This document shows, piece by piece, positions 38,896 through 53,838 of a stretch of DNA of 64,000 bases. The stretch lies in contig NC_043014.1 of the NCBI RefSeq assembly GCF_006345805.1, forward strand, positions 25,172,001 to 25,236,000. Reading direction: 5' to 3'. The position numbers were made by a program, and so were the translations under genes. The notes beneath the pieces were generated by a model that saw only the letters and a program-made list of their open reading frames with translations, did not search any database and was not told where the DNA came from. Numbering within the stretch: the first letter of the stretch is position 1; every line of letters starts with the position of its first letter. This DNA is from Octopus sinensis (Eukaryota).

Positions 38896-38932
<37 letters not shown>

Positions 38933-39012
38933 TATATATTATATATATATCTCATATATATATATATGATTATAATATATATATTATTCATATATATATT
39001 ATATATATATAT

Positions 39013-39044
<32 letters not shown>

Positions 39045-39503
39045 CATATATATAATATATAAGTGTTCTTTATTTAATTTTTCATATGTCCTGCCCGCCA
39101 AAATTGGTTCTGGTGTTCGCTGAATTCTTCCTCTAGAGAATTTCCCTCGTAGTTTGATCGTTGATGATCTATTTCTAGCATTCTGGCGGCTACCTAGCAG
39201 GCCAGCCCTGCCAATATACACATATATTTGAATTTCTCGACCCTCAGATTTTTTGAATGCTGGACTACTGGTTTTAAATTGATATTAAAATTAATATTAA
39301 TTTATCTCCCTCAACTTTATATATATCATATATATATATATATGTCATATATATATAATATATATATATCATATATATATATATATATATATATAATCAT
39401 ATATATATATATATATATATATCTCATATATATATATAATATATATATATATCTATATATATATATATATCATATATATATATATATATATATATAATTC
39501 ATA

Positions 39504-42360
39504 GGGTCCCCCGATCCTTATCTGGTGGTCAATGAGGAAACTAGGGATAGATGAATGGTTAGTGAGAGCTGTGCGAGCCATGTACAGAGACGCAGCTAGT
39601 AAGGTGAGGGTTGGCAACGAGTACAGTGAAGAATTCCGGGTAGAGGTTGGGGTTCCACCAAGGTTCAGTCCTCAGCCCCCTCTTATTTATCATAGTCCTC
39701 CAGGCAATAACGGAAGAATTTAAGACAGGATGCCCTGGGAGCTCCTATATGCTGATGACCTTGCTCTAATTGCTGAGTCACTATCAGAACTGGAGGAGAA
39801 GTTTCAGGTGTGGAAACAAGGATTAGAATCGAAGGGCCTTAGAATCAACCTAGCCAAAACCAAAGTCCTAATAAGTAGGAAGGTGGACCAACCACAAACG
39901 ACTTCAGGTAGATGGCCCTGCTCGATCTGTAAAAAAGGTGTAGGTAGAAACTCTATAGGTGCACCAAGTGTAAGCTATGGACACATAAGAGGTGCAGCAA
40001 TGTCAAAGGAAGGCTAACTAAGAAAATAGTTTTTGTCTGTGGCAGATGCTCAGGAGAAATAAACACTGGAAATGTGCAGAGTCCAACTTCTACAACGTTC
40101 CAGGGAGACAAACTAGAAGTAGTTGATAGCTTCCGCTACCTAGGAGACCAAGCAGTAGCGGGGGTGGGTGTGCTGAAAGTGTAACTGCTAGAGTAAGAAT
40201 AGCCTGGGCAAAGTTTAGAGAGCTCTTACCCCTGCTGGTGACAAAAGGTCTCTCGCTAAGAGTAAAAGGCAGACTATATGATGCGGTGTACGTACAGCAT
40301 TGCTACATGGTAGTGAAACATGGACGTGACAGCTGAGGATATGCGTAAGCTTGCAAGAAATGAAGCCAGTATGCTCCGATGGATGTGTAATGTCAGTGTT
40401 CATAATCGTCAGAGTGTAAGTACTTTGAGAGAAAAGTTGAACCTAAGAAGTGTCGTTGTGGTGTGCAAGAGAGACGGCTGCGCTGGTATGGTCATGTGAC
40501 GAGAATGGCTGAAGATAGTTGTGTGCAAAAGTGCTACAACCTAGCAGTTGAGGGAACCTGTGGAAGAGGTACGACCCAGGAAAACCTGGGACGAGGTGGT
40601 GAAACACGACCTTCGAACTTTAGGTCTCACCAAGAAAATGACTGAAGACCGAGTCCTATGGAGTGTGCTGTGCATGAGAGGACCCGGCAGGACTAGTCAG
40701 GCCATATCCGTGGCCCCTACCGGGACGTAGTCGATCCACCTGTGCATACCTTCCTTCTTGTGACACTTGTGAAGACCTGCTGAGGCAAGTGAAAATCAAT
40801 CAAAATAGATGAACATCAATGGAATTTGTATCTTTGTGGTACCAGTGCCTGTGGCACACAAGAAAACCATCCGAACGTGCCGTAGCCAGTACCGCATCGA
40901 CTGGCCTCCGTGCTGTGGGAAGCCTCATCTAGCACCTGTGTCGGTGGCACATAAAAACACCATCCGAAGACCCGGCAAGACTAGTCAGGCCATACCATGG
41001 CCCCTACCTGGGACGTAGTCAGTCCACCTGTGCATACCTTCCTTCCTTCTTGTGACCACTTGTGAAGACCTGTTGAGGCAAGTGAAAATCAAATCAAAAC
41101 AAATCAAAATAGATGAACATCAATGGAATCTGTATCTTTGTGGTACCAGTGCCGGTGGCACACATGAGAACCATCCGAACGTGGCCGTAGCCAGTTCCGC
41201 ATCGACGGCCCGCCTCCGTGCTGTGGGCACGTAACAAACACCATCCGATCATGGCCGTTCGCCAGCCTCATCTGGCACCTGTGTCGTGGCACATAAAAAC
41301 ACCTTCCGAAGACCCGGCAAGACTAGTCAGTCCACCTGTGCATACCTTCCTTCTTCTTGACACTTGTGAAGACCGGTTGAGGCAAGTGAAAATCAAATCA
41401 AATCAAATCAAAATAGACAAAATAGATGAACATCAATGGAATTGTATCTTGTGGTACCAGTGCCTGTGGCACACAAGAAATCCATCAGTGCCGTAGTCAG
41501 TGCGGTGGGCACATGACAAACACCATCCGATCGTGGCCGTTCGCCAGCCTCATCTAGCACCTGTGTCGGTGGCACATAAAAACACCATCCGAAGACCCGG
41601 CAGACTAGTCAGGCCATAACCATGGCCCCTACCTGGGACGTAGTCAGTCCACCTGTGCATACCTTCCTTCTTGTGACACTTGTGAAGACCTGTTGAGGCA
41701 AGTGAAAATCAAATCAAATCAAATCAAAACAAATCAAAATAGATGAACATCAATGGAATTGTATCTTTGTGGTACCAGTGCCGGTGGCACGTGGCACATA
41801 AGAAAACCATCCGAACGTGGCCGTAGCCAGTACCGCATCGACTGGCCTCCGTGCTGTGGGCACGTAACAAGCAACAATCCGATCGTGGCCGTTTGCCAGC
41901 CTCATCTGGCACCTGTGTCGGTGGCACATAAAAAACCATCGAGCGTGGCCGTCTCTGCCAGCCTCGTCTGGCACCTGTGTCGGTGGCACATAAAAACACC
42001 ATCCGAGCGTGCCGTCTGCCAGCCTCGTCTGGCACCTGTGTCGGTGGCACATAAAAAACACCATCCGAGCGTGGCCGTCTGCCAGCCTCGTCTGGCACCT
42101 GTGTCGGTGGCACATAAAAAACACCATCCGAGCGTGGCCGTTTGTCAGCCTCGTCTGGCACCTGTGTCGGTGGCACATAAAATCACCCACTACACTCTCG
42201 GAGTGGTTGGCGTTAGGAAGGGCATCCAGCTGTAGAAACACTGCAGATCTGACTGGACTGGTGCAGCTTTCGGGCTCCCCAGACCCCAGTTGAACCGTCC
42301 AACCCATGCTAGCATGGGGAGAGCGGACGTTAAATGATGATGATGATGATGATGATGATC
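39504..42360 (+). mobile_element. Young 5'-truncated RTE LINE with expanded 3' UTR satellite
   Basis: RT motifs at 39504-40680 (LLYADDL, PHD-like, RRLRWYGHV) are broken mostly by 1-nt indels. Then ~300-bp and ~60-bp repeats and a (GAT)n tail. Confidence 0.92.
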
Positions 42361-42431
42361 ATATATATATATATAATATATAATATATTATATATATATA
42401 TATATATATATTATAATATATCATATATATC

Positions 42432-42462
<31 letters not shown>

Positions 42463-42494
42463 TATATATATATATCTATCATATATATATATAT

Positions 42495-42532
<38 letters not shown>

Positions 42533-42660
42533 TATATATATATATATATATATATATTATCATATATATCATATATATATATATAATCATATATATATAT
42601 ATATGATTTTGATTTTTTCCAGTTTCAGCTTATGAGCTGTGGCCATGCTGGGGCACCGCC

Positions 42661-42699
<39 letters not shown>

Positions 42700-42701
<2 letters not shown>

Positions 42702-44490
42702 ATTGATTGATTGATTGATGATTCTAGTTTCAGCTTATGAGCTGTGGCCATGCTGGGGCACCGCCATTTGGTGTTGCTACTTGGTTTCACTTCATGGAGG
42801 TTTTCTAGCAACTGCTATTTGGTGCATGAGAGAGTTCGATGCAGCTGCCCTCATCTGCCCCTCCTGCCGTGAAGTTGGTTCATCTGGGAACCTGACAGGA
42901 AGAGATCCAGCTTCATTTTAAAGACATCTGTATCCACCCCATGCAGGTCTCTCAGGGTCTTCGGAGGATATTGAAGAGCTGTGGGCCTCGGAAACCCAGG
43001 CTATCACAGAATCTTGTCCTACATCTTGATGGCAGGTTTGGAGTCCTAGGCACCACGCAGTGGCGCCCAGTTCTGGCATTTGCGTAACTCTCGATGCCAA
43101 AGTTCAGGACACTTCCCTCCAGGATCTTCCAGATGTATATTATGGCATATCTTTCCCGCCTACGCTCCAGGGAATATAATTTTATCTCTGAGTCTTTCCC
43201 AGTAGCTTACATTCTGCTAGAGGCTATCTTCTTTGTGTAGCTTCGTTGGATCGCCTCAAGTTCTGTGATCAACTTGACACTGGATGGTGACCATAGCTGA
43301 GAGCAATAGTCAAAGTGGCTTAGGAAGTGTCTTCCAGAGGACCATCATGGTTTCTTGTTCTCTTGTTCTAAAGGTTCTAAGAATCCATCCAGCCAGCCGT
43401 CTACATTTCATTGTCAGTTTAGCAACATGTACATGAAAGGTCGCGTCATCACTCATGTGAATACCAGGTCACGCACTGATTGTGCCTCTGGGATTGCAAT
43501 CCCTCCGGGTCCAGTGTATTCATTGGGTATTGCATTCAGTTTTGCATGCTGATAGTATAAAGCTTGAAACTTTCCAGCATTGAACTGCATGCTATTCTTT
43601 TCAGCCCACTTGTATATTTCGTCCAGCTCACATGCAGGTGTTTAGTGTCCTCAGGGTTCTGTATTGCCTGTGAAACTTTTGTATCATCTGCATAACTTGT
43701 GATTGTGGCTCTCTGCGTGGCTGAGGCATGTCTGAGAGGGCCATTATGAACAGTAGTGGTCCCAGAACAGTGCCCTGCGGAACACCACTCACTATTTGTG
43801 TGTTAATGGAGGTGGCCCCATGGGCTACTACCACCTGACTTCTATCCTTCAGAAAGTCATGAAGCCATTCTCCCAGTTTTCCAACCATGTTGAGATCACG
43901 CAGTTTGTGACATATCATTCCATGATCGACTTTATCAAAGGCCTTTGCAAAGTCGAGATATATCACTTCCACATTTGAGTGGTTGAGCAGCCGTTTCAGC
44001 ACCCAGTCATAGTGTTGTAGGAGCTGAGTTAAACAGCTTCTCCCTGGTCGGAAACCATGTTGGGTGTCGGGCAGCAAGTCATTCTCTTCAAGGAAGGTGA
44101 TCAGCTTCCTTCTGACTATTCGTTCCATGACCTTGCTGATGTGTGAGGTCAGAGAGATAGGTCTATAGTTCTGGGCTTCTGCTCTGCTACCTCCTTTATG
44201 AAGGGGCATATTTTACCTTCCTTCAGTTTTCCTGGAAGTTTGCTAGCTGCAAGGAAGCTCTGAAAGAGGAACTGCAGTGGTCTTGCTAGGACTCTCTTAC
44301 ATGCTTTTAGGAGGATTGCCGGGAATCCATCGGGGCCAGTAGCTGAGTCTGTTTTCATTTCATCTATAGCCTTGGTTACATCGTCTTCCTTTATATCGAT
44401 GTAATCTATCGTCGCCGCCTCTGATTTTATATGCAGTGGTAAAAATGTCAGTTGGATTGGTGATTGGAGATGCCCAAGGGGTGGAGTGAA
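42700..44490 (-). mobile_element. CR1/L2-group LINE, 5'-truncated, with 3' end
   Basis: ORF 43628..44209 has NYRPISLTS, QHGFRPGRSC, YLDFAKAFDKVDH, SGVPQGTVLGPLLF. It ends in a stem-loop tail and (ATCA)n. Confidence 0.92.
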
Positions 44491-44497
44491 AACACTC

Positions 44498-44499
<2 letters not shown>

Positions 44500-44528
<29 letters not shown>

Positions 44529-44553
44529 GTATATATATATATATATATATATA

Positions 44554-44588
<35 letters not shown>

Positions 44589-44712
44589 ATATATATATAT
44601 ATATATTATATAATAGATATCATATATATATATATATAATATATATATATCATATATATATCATATCATATATATATATATATATATATATCATATAATA
44701 TATATTCATATA

Positions 44713-44746
<34 letters not shown>

Positions 44747-45033
44747 CATGGATATATTATATATATCATATATATATATAATCATATATATAATATATAT
44801 ATTATATTATATATATATAATATATTATATATATATATATCATAGTATATATATATATATATAATAATAATCTATATATATATATATATTATATATATAT
44901 ATATCATATATATATCATATATATATATATATCATATATATATATCATTATATATATATTATATATATATATATATATATATTCAATATATATATATATA
45001 TATATTATATAATATATATAATATATATATATC

Positions 45034-45067
<34 letters not shown>

Positions 45068-45156
45068 ATATATATCATATATATATATATATATAATATA
45101 TCATATATATATATATATATCATTATATCATATATATCATATATTATATATATATA

Positions 45157-45209
<53 letters not shown>

Positions 45210-45385
45210 TATATATCATATATATATATATATCATATATATATAATCATATATATATATATATCATATATATATATAATCATATATAATATATATATAT
45301 ATATATATCTTCATATATATATATATATAATATATATTCATATATTATATTATCATATATATATCATATATATATATATATATAT

Positions 45386-45435
<50 letters not shown>

Positions 45436-45468
45436 CATATATATATATATATATCATATATATATATC

Positions 45469-45513
<45 letters not shown>

Positions 45514-45553
45514 TTATATAATATATCATATTATATATATATATATAATATAT

Positions 45554-45608
<55 letters not shown>

Positions 45609-45699
45609 TATATATATATATATTAATATATAATATATATTATATATATATTATATATATATATATATATTCATATATATATATATATATATTCATAAT

Positions 45700-45731
<32 letters not shown>

Positions 45732-45737
45732 ATATAT
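44500..45737. repeat. Very long degenerate (TA)n microsatellite (others at 33950-34935, 36834-37445, 47330-47790, 48140-49676, 53820-54285)
   Basis: Seen directly in the sequence. Confidence 0.97.
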
Positions 45738-47327
45738 CATCATCATCATCATTTTAGCGTCCGTTTTCCATGCTAGCATGGGTTGGACGGTTCAACTGGG
45801 GTCTGGGGAGCCCGAAGGCTGCACCAGGCCAGTCATATCTGGCAGTGTTTCTACAGCTGGATGCCCTTCCTAACGCCAACCACTCCGAGAGTGTGGCGGG
45901 TGATTTTATGTGCCACCGACACAGGTGCCAGTCGTGGCTGGCGAACGGCCACGCTCGGATGGTGTTTTTTATGTGCCACCGACACAGGTGCCAGACGAGG
46001 CTGGCAGACGGCCACGCTCGGATGGTGTTTTTTATGTGCCACCGACACAGGTGCCAGATGAGGCTGGCGGACGGCCCGATCGGATGGTGGTTGTACGTGC
46101 CCACAGCACGGAGGCCAGTCGATGCGGTACTGGCTACGGCCACGTTCGGATGGTTTTCTTGTGTGCCACCGGCACTGGTACCACAAAGATACAAATTCAT
46201 TGATGTTCATCTATTTTGATTGATTTGATTTGATTTTCACTTGCCTCAACAGGTCTTCACAGGTCTTCACAAGTGTCACAGGAAGGAAGGAAGGTATGCA
46301 CAGGTGGACTGACTACGTCCCAAGTAGGGGCCACGGGTTATGGCCTGACTAGTCTTGCCGGGTCTTCGGTTTGTTTTTATGTGCCACCGACACAGGTGCC
46401 AGATGAGGCTGGCGAACGGCCGATCGGATGGTGTTGTTATGTGCCCACGTCACAGAGGCCAGTCGATGCGGTACTGGCTACGGCCATGGTTCGGATGGTT
46501 TTCTTGTGTGCCAACGGTACTGGTACCACAAAGATACAAATTCCATTGATGTTCATCTATTTTGATTTGGTTTGATTTGATTTGATTTGATTTTCACTTG
46601 CCTCAACAGGTCTACACAAGTTTCACACACTTGCCTCAACAGGTCTTCACAAGTGTCATAAGTAGGTTGTCACACACTTGCCTCAACAGGTCTTCACAAG
46701 TGTCATAAGTAGGAAGGTATGCACAGGTGGACTGACTACGTCGCCGGGTCTTCGGATGGTCTTTTTATGTGCCACCGACACGGGTGCCAGATGAGGCTGG
46801 CGAACAGCCACGATCAGATGGTGTTTGTTGTGCCCACAGCACGGAGGCCAGTCGATGCGGTACTGGCTACGGCCACGTTCGGATGGTTTTCTTGTGTGCC
46901 ACCGGTACTGGAACCACAAAGATACAAATTCCATTGATGTTCATCTATTTGATTTGGTTGATTTTCACTTGCCTCAACAGGTCTTCACAAGTGTCACACA
47001 CTTGCCTCAACAGGTCTCCACAAGTGTCACACACTTGCCTCTGCCTCAACAGGTCTTCACAAGTGTCACACACTTGCCTCAACAGGTCTTCCAAGTGTCA
47101 TAAGAGGGAAGGTATGCACAGGTGGACTGACTACGTCGCTGGGTCTTCGGATGGTGTCTTTATGTGCCACCGACACAGGTGCCAGATGAGGCTGGCGAAC
47201 GGCCACGATCGGATGGTGTTTGTTGTGCCCACAGCACGGAGGCCAGTCGATGCGGTACTGGCTACGGCACGTTCGGATGGTTTTCTTGTGTGCCACCGGT
47301 ACTGGAACCACAAAGATACAAATTCCA
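45738..47327 (-). mobile_element. RTE 3' UTR with tandem repeats, no coding part
   Basis: Reverse complement of the 40700-42360 repeats, starting with (CAT)n. It includes extra ~28-bp units cacttgcctcaacaggtcttcacaagtgtca. Confidence 0.88.
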
Positions 47328-47477
47328 TATATATATATAGATATATATATATATATGATATATATATATAATATATGTATATATATTATATCTATATCAT
47401 ATATATATATATATTATATATATATATCATATATATATATATATCATATATATATTATATAATATATATATATATAT

Positions 47478-47512
<35 letters not shown>

Positions 47513-48381
47513 TATATATATATATATATATATAGATATATATCATCATATATATATATATATATATATAATCATATATACCATATATATATATATATAT
47601 ATCATATATACCATATATATATATATCATATATACCATAATATATATATATATCATAATATACCATAGATATATATATCATATATACCATATATGTATAT
47701 ATATCATATATACCATATATATATATATATATCATATATATCATATATATATATATAGATATATATATATATATATTATATATATATATATACAACCCTA
47801 TACATACACACATCCAGACCCCTCCTACGCACTATTAGCTGGTCCCTCAACCATTTTATGAACCCTATTATCTCCCCTTGTTCGCTCTCGCGTCTCATGT
47901 TTGATCTTTGACCTCTGGCCGAAATCAGATCGCCATGTTGATTCGTTAGCTACTGCACGCATTTTTTTTCTCTCCTTCTTTCTGTGTTTTTCTCTCTCTG
48001 TGTATCTTTCTGTTGAAGAGCGTAGGCTCGAATGTTAAAGATTGTTTCATTTATATTTCCTGAGCGCCATACTAATACAATTGTTCGTTGTTTTCCACCT
48101 GCCTTCGTCTTTGGTTTATTTTCATAAAGCTTCCCGTTATATATATATATATATATCATATAATATATATATATATATATATATACCATATATATATATC
48201 ATATATATATATATACCATATATATATATATATCATATATATATATATATATATATATACCATATATATATTATAATATCATATATATATATAATATATA
48301 TATATACCATATATATATATATATATATACCATATATATATATATATATATATATCATATATATATATATATATCTATATC

Positions 48382-48496
<115 letters not shown>

Positions 48497-48528
48497 TTGA
48501 GTTGTGGGTATCGCACGAGTGGGATTAT

Positions 48529-48655
48529 TATAAGAAAAAAGGTTGAAAATGCAATTTAAACGATGTTTATTTACTTTTGTCAGTTATAACTGAAAATTAT
48601 TGCATTGTCAGTATAAACATCGTTTAAATTGCATTTTCAAACCTTTTTTCTTATA
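48529..48655. repeat. ~42-bp inverted repeat within (TA)n
   Basis: 48529-48570 pairs with 48613-48655 (one indel). There is an inner palindrome tcagttataactga. Confidence 0.9.
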
Positions 48656-48684
48656 TATATATATATATATATATATATAATGTA

Positions 48685-48719
<35 letters not shown>

Positions 48720-48881
48720 TATATATATAATATATATATATTATAATATTTATATACCTATATATATATATTCATATATATATATATCATATATATATTA
48801 TATATATATCATATATATATATATATATATACCATATATATATATATCATATTATATATAATATATTCAATATAATATATC

Positions 48882-48922
<41 letters not shown>

Positions 48923-49072
48923 CCATATATATATATATCATAATATATATATATCATTATATATATATATATATATACCATATATATATATATATATATA
49001 TACTATATATATATATATCATAATAATATATATATCAATATATATATATCAATATATATATATATATATATC

Positions 49073-49117
<45 letters not shown>

Positions 49118-49530
49118 CCATATATATATATATATATATACCATATATATATATATCATATATATATATATATATATACCATATATATATATATCATTAT
49201 ATATATATTATAATACCATATATATATATATATCATATATATATATCATATATATATATATATATATTATATATACCATATAATATATATCATATATATA
49301 TCATATATATATATATATATATATATATTAATACTATATATATATATATCATATATATATATATATATATACCATATATATATATAATAATATATATATA
49401 TACCATATATATATATATATATCATGTATATATATATATCATATATATATATATATATAATATATAATATATATAATATATATATATATATATATCTATA
49501 TACCATATATATATAATCATATATATATAT

Positions 49531-49575
<45 letters not shown>

Positions 49576-49676
49576 CATATATATATATATCATATATATA
49601 TATTATATATCATATATTATATATATATATATATATTATACCATATATAATATATATATATATACCATATATATAT

Positions 49677-50020
49677 GGGAGAGGTATGCAGTAATATATG
49701 TCTGGAAGATCCTGGAAGGAATTGTGCCAAATTTTGGCATTGTAAGCTACACCAATGCTAAAACGGGACAACACTGCATAGTGCCAAAGATCCCAGCAAT
49801 GCCATCACGCTTCAGGACCAGCTACTGCAACAGCCTGGGTTTCAAGGGCCCACAGCTTTTTAATATTCTCCCAAAAAGTCTGAGGAACTTGCACAAAGTA
49901 GATGCAGCGGTTTTTAAATCAAAGCTGGACATCTTCCTGTCGAGAGTCCCAGATGAACCTACCTCACGGCAAGAGGTGCAAATAAGAGTAGCGCTATTAA
50001 ACTCTATTCTTCATTAGAGG
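49677..50020 (+). mobile_element. CR1/L2-group LINE 3' fragment
   Basis: ERYAVIYVWKILEGIVPNFGI..GPQLFNILPKSLRN..FKSKLD.FL..VPDEP, homologous to 28.5-28.75 kb. Confidence 0.85.
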
Positions 50021-50493
50021 AGGCTTGGGATTTCCTGTAAGTGTACCATCTATTTGAAGGAGTGGCCCTATCCTACAGTGCACCGTAGCTATTTCTTTGG
50101 CATATATATATATATATATATGAGATATATGTATTGTTTGATTAGTAATGATGTTGTTAGTAGTAAGTATATTGATATGGATAACATTATTGTTATTGAT
50201 AACGATATTGGTATTAGCATTATTGACTTTTTGTAAAGTAACACAAATTAATATAATGAACTATTTACTAAATATGTCTGCATTAAGTATGAATATATCT
50301 GTTGTAATTTCTTAATATTGGTTGAGGAACTGTAACATTCAATAGAGAACATTATTATGTTTATTGATATTTATTGATTTATATTATTTATATTATTATG
50401 TATGTGTATATGTGTATGTATATAAGGATATGAGTATATGTGCACTCATATTTATATTTATATGTAAATGATTTTTGGGTATGTACTCATACT

Positions 50494-50625
50494 TACATTA
50501 GAATCTCCGAAGAGGCCATAAGATAATTTTGTTAATGCCTCATTTGTACTTGCAATATATAGCTAATATAGGTTAAATGAGACATACCTATCTGCATCGC
50601 CGAAACAGCTGTCAGTTATAATGTA
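50494..50625 (+). ncRNA. Type I hammerhead, U4C core variant, long stem II
   Basis: tacattagaatct CCGAAGA ggc...gcc GAAA cagctg TC agttataatgta. Confidence 0.75.
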
Positions 50626-50831
50626 TATGTATTTTTATATCTTGTTATATTTATTTAGTTATATCTCATTATATTGATTGTAATTATTGTACTGTATTAA
50701 TGTCTAATCTTAATGCTCTTGTGTAGTGTTTTAATAAAGTATATGATTCGGTATTATCTGATAGTTGATGAATGATTTAGATATATTTCTCCATTTTCTC
50801 ATTTTGTACACACATATATATATATATATAG

Positions 50832-50899
<68 letters not shown>

Positions 50900-50929
50900 G
50901 TATATATATATGTATATATATATATATAT

Positions 50930-51830
50930 CAAAAATAAGCAACAAGAATGACTCTGGTAATTTGGTACAATTGTTTCGCACTACATCATTTTATTAAAAG
51001 TTGTAAGTATTACAGGAGATTTAAGATGCTGAGTGCTCATCAGCCAATTATATAGGTTTTCCAATAATACAAAGGTTTTCAAATCAAGTAGTAACATTAT
51101 AGAGAAGGTAGATATACAGATAAAGATGTAGATTTAAATTTAAAGAACATATGAGGTTGTGAAGTCCAGCCACTGACTGACCAAAGCTATGGCTATATCT
51201 GACTGCTATAAGAATAGAAGTAATAAAAATTTTTTAGTTGTAGGAATGGGGTAAGGGAGGTTTCAGAATACCATATAGGGAATTCAATAACAAAATGCCA
51301 ATTACTGCTATTTGGTGAGAGGAACTAGGTCAATGTCAAAAGGTCATTAATCCCCTTTACAGAGAGTAGGGAAAAAACTATTACTTATTATTATGAGTAG
51401 GCATAGTATTTTATAACTGGGGGAAAACTTTATTAATTTTAAAACTAGATTAGATTTAGAAAAAATTCCAATTTCAAGTTTACAGTGAAGTTCTTTTAGT
51501 CATCTATGAAAGTTAAATTGAAAGCTAGTATGGTATATTTCTTATTATTATTATAATAAAAAGTTAAAATTTGAAAAATATAGGAATACTCATAATTTTT
51601 ATTTAAAGTATTTAAACATTCGGCTTGTGGAATGTATGCAAGATCCTCCCAACTCCAGACGATTATTCAACAGATTTATATTACTCTGATGTTTTAAAAT
51701 TTCATAAGTTTCCATAGAACAAAGTTGACAACCTTCCCTACTATTTCTATAAGGTTTCACCCTTCTAACTATATCCCATTTTAGGTTGAATCCTATATTA
51801 TTTGTTTTTAGTTCCCAAATTTTTCTAGAA
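50930..51830 (-). mobile_element. Penelope-like 3' fragment (GIY-YIG C-terminus + tail)
   Basis: Minus strand ~51830-51605: SRKIWELKTNNIGFNLKWDIVRRVKPYRNSREGCQLCSMETYEIL..LLNNRLELGGSCIH. Confidence 0.82.
50958..51050 (-). ncRNA. Type I hammerhead ribozyme, intact core
   Basis: taattgg CTGATGA gcact...agtgc GAAA caattg TA ccaaatta. Confidence 0.87.
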
Positions 51831-52303
51831 AAAAAATATATATTATATATATATACGGTACAAGTAATTAAGATTCAAGTGAGTTCTGTTGAATTCACAT
51901 GAATATGGTACTTAACTTGGATGCACCAGAAATCTATATGGTGTTAACCATACGACAAAGTGGGGTGATTATAAATAGGAAAAAAGCAACAAGAATGGAT
52001 CAGTATTTCAATACAATAAGACTGTCGCTACGCTTCACTGACCCTCCTACAACTTTCTCGGATTCTAACATAGCAGTTTTCAGAAATTTCACACAAATGT
52101 ATCCAAAATATCTTCACACAGCTTGAATCACACTTTACTATGAACTACACTTGGATAAATACATATTCTGTGAGTACGATACCTCTCATCATACCTCCAG
52201 GAATCAAACTTTCTTCAATATGGATAAACTCACACCCTCACTTTCATCTTCACTTTCTGGAAAACTAAGAGGTTTTGAAAAAATTTTTTAAAAACCTGAT
52301 ATA

Positions 52304-53592
52304 CGAGGGGCGTTCAATAAGTAATGCCCCTGACCCACTTCCCATTGCAGTAGAGCAACAAAACTTGGCACAGTTATTAGTCCTTTTCTACATAGGAACC
52401 ACCCAGAGTTACGCATTTCCCCCATTGTTTGATGCAGCTCTGGAGACCGTTTTTGTAGAAGACCCCAGCTTGGTACTCCAACCTGAACGTGACTTCAGAA
52501 ATCAAGGCTGCATCATCTGGGAAACGCTTTCCTTTCAAAAACAACTTCATGACTGGGAAGAGGTGAAAATCAGAGGGTGCAAGGTCAGGAAAGTAGGGGA
52601 AATGGGGGAGGAGTTCATAGCCATACGCCTGTGCTTCTGATCTGGCAACAAGCGAGTTGTGGACCGGAGCGTTGTCCTGCAGGAGGAGGATGCCTTTGCT
52701 GATCTTGCCCGCCTCTTGATTTTGATAACTTCTCTTAATTTCCTCAAAAGTGAAGCATAATAGGCTCCTGCAATTGTGGTACCCTTTGCCAGGAATCTGT
52801 CATCACTACCTCCGCTGTCCCGAAGACTGTGAGCATGACCTTGCCAGTGGAGGGCTGCACCCTTGCCTTCTTTGGAGGGGGTGAGTCACGGTGCTTCCAC
52901 TACATTGACTGGGCTTTGGTCTCTGGATCATCGTGATGGACCCAGGTTTCATCCTGTGTAATCAGTCTTTTGAAAAAATTTTTGACTCATCTTCTTGGCC
53001 ACATCTCCAAATTCATCCTCGAGCACTCGACACGGTTCTTGCTTCTGGAAAGGCGTGAGCAACCTGGGAATCCATCTGGCAGACACCTTTGCAATATGCA
53101 AATGGTCATGAATGATAGTTTCCACAGACCCGGTACTAATCTTGACCTAATGGGCTATTTGGCAAATAATTATGCGTCGATCTTCCAAAATGGCAGCTTC
53201 AACTTGACGGACAGATGCCTCATCAATGGCAGGAAGGGGTGACCAGATCTGAGGCTGTTTCCACAGAAGTTCGACCATGTTTGAATTCACGATGCCACGT
53301 TTTACAAGGTCATATGATGGTGCATCATCACCATAAGTTACTTTCATTTCATCAAAAGTCTCCCGTGATGTGCGTCCTTTCAAATACAAAAACCGGATCA
53401 CTGCTCAACACTCAACAGGCTCCATTTCACACTTGACTTGGTTCAAACACCTGTAAATCAGAAACCACAATTAATTTAGAGCTGTAATTTGCCACTTACT
53501 CTATAGAGATATAAATGATTGCACATGCAATATTTCAGCTAGATCAAACAGCTGCAAGTGGGTCAGAGGCATTACTTATTGAACGTCCCTCG
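52304..53592 (-). mobile_element. Full-length (~1.29 kb) mariner, frameshifted transposase
   Basis: Both TIRs are present with TA duplication. HTH and DD34D pieces are spread over several frames. Confidence 0.95.
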
Positions 53593-53721
53593 TATGACTG
53601 TGCAATACTAAAAGAACTTTTAGAAATCATTTTGTTATCTAAATCTCATTTTTATAGAACTTTCCATGATGTTTCACGAGTGTTACATCACCCCCTTTGA
53701 TGTTTGGGGATCTCAGATGTT

Positions 53722-53811
53722 TTTTCGGCTGATGAGTACGGGTCACCTATATTTACTGCAATTTTTATAGCCTTATTAAAGATGTCTTCGTACGAAACAA
53801 TTGTACCAAAA
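53722..53811 (+). ncRNA. Type I hammerhead ribozyme, intact core
   Basis: ttttcgg CTGATGA gtacg...cgtac GAAA caattg TA ccaaaa. Confidence 0.87.
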
Positions 53812-53838
53812 TACTGATCCTTCTTGTTGTTTTTTTCC

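Noticed and set aside
40690-42180. Regular repeats resembling a CRISPR array
   Set aside because: The units are contiguous with no unique spacers, there are no cas genes, and they lie in a LINE 3' UTR.
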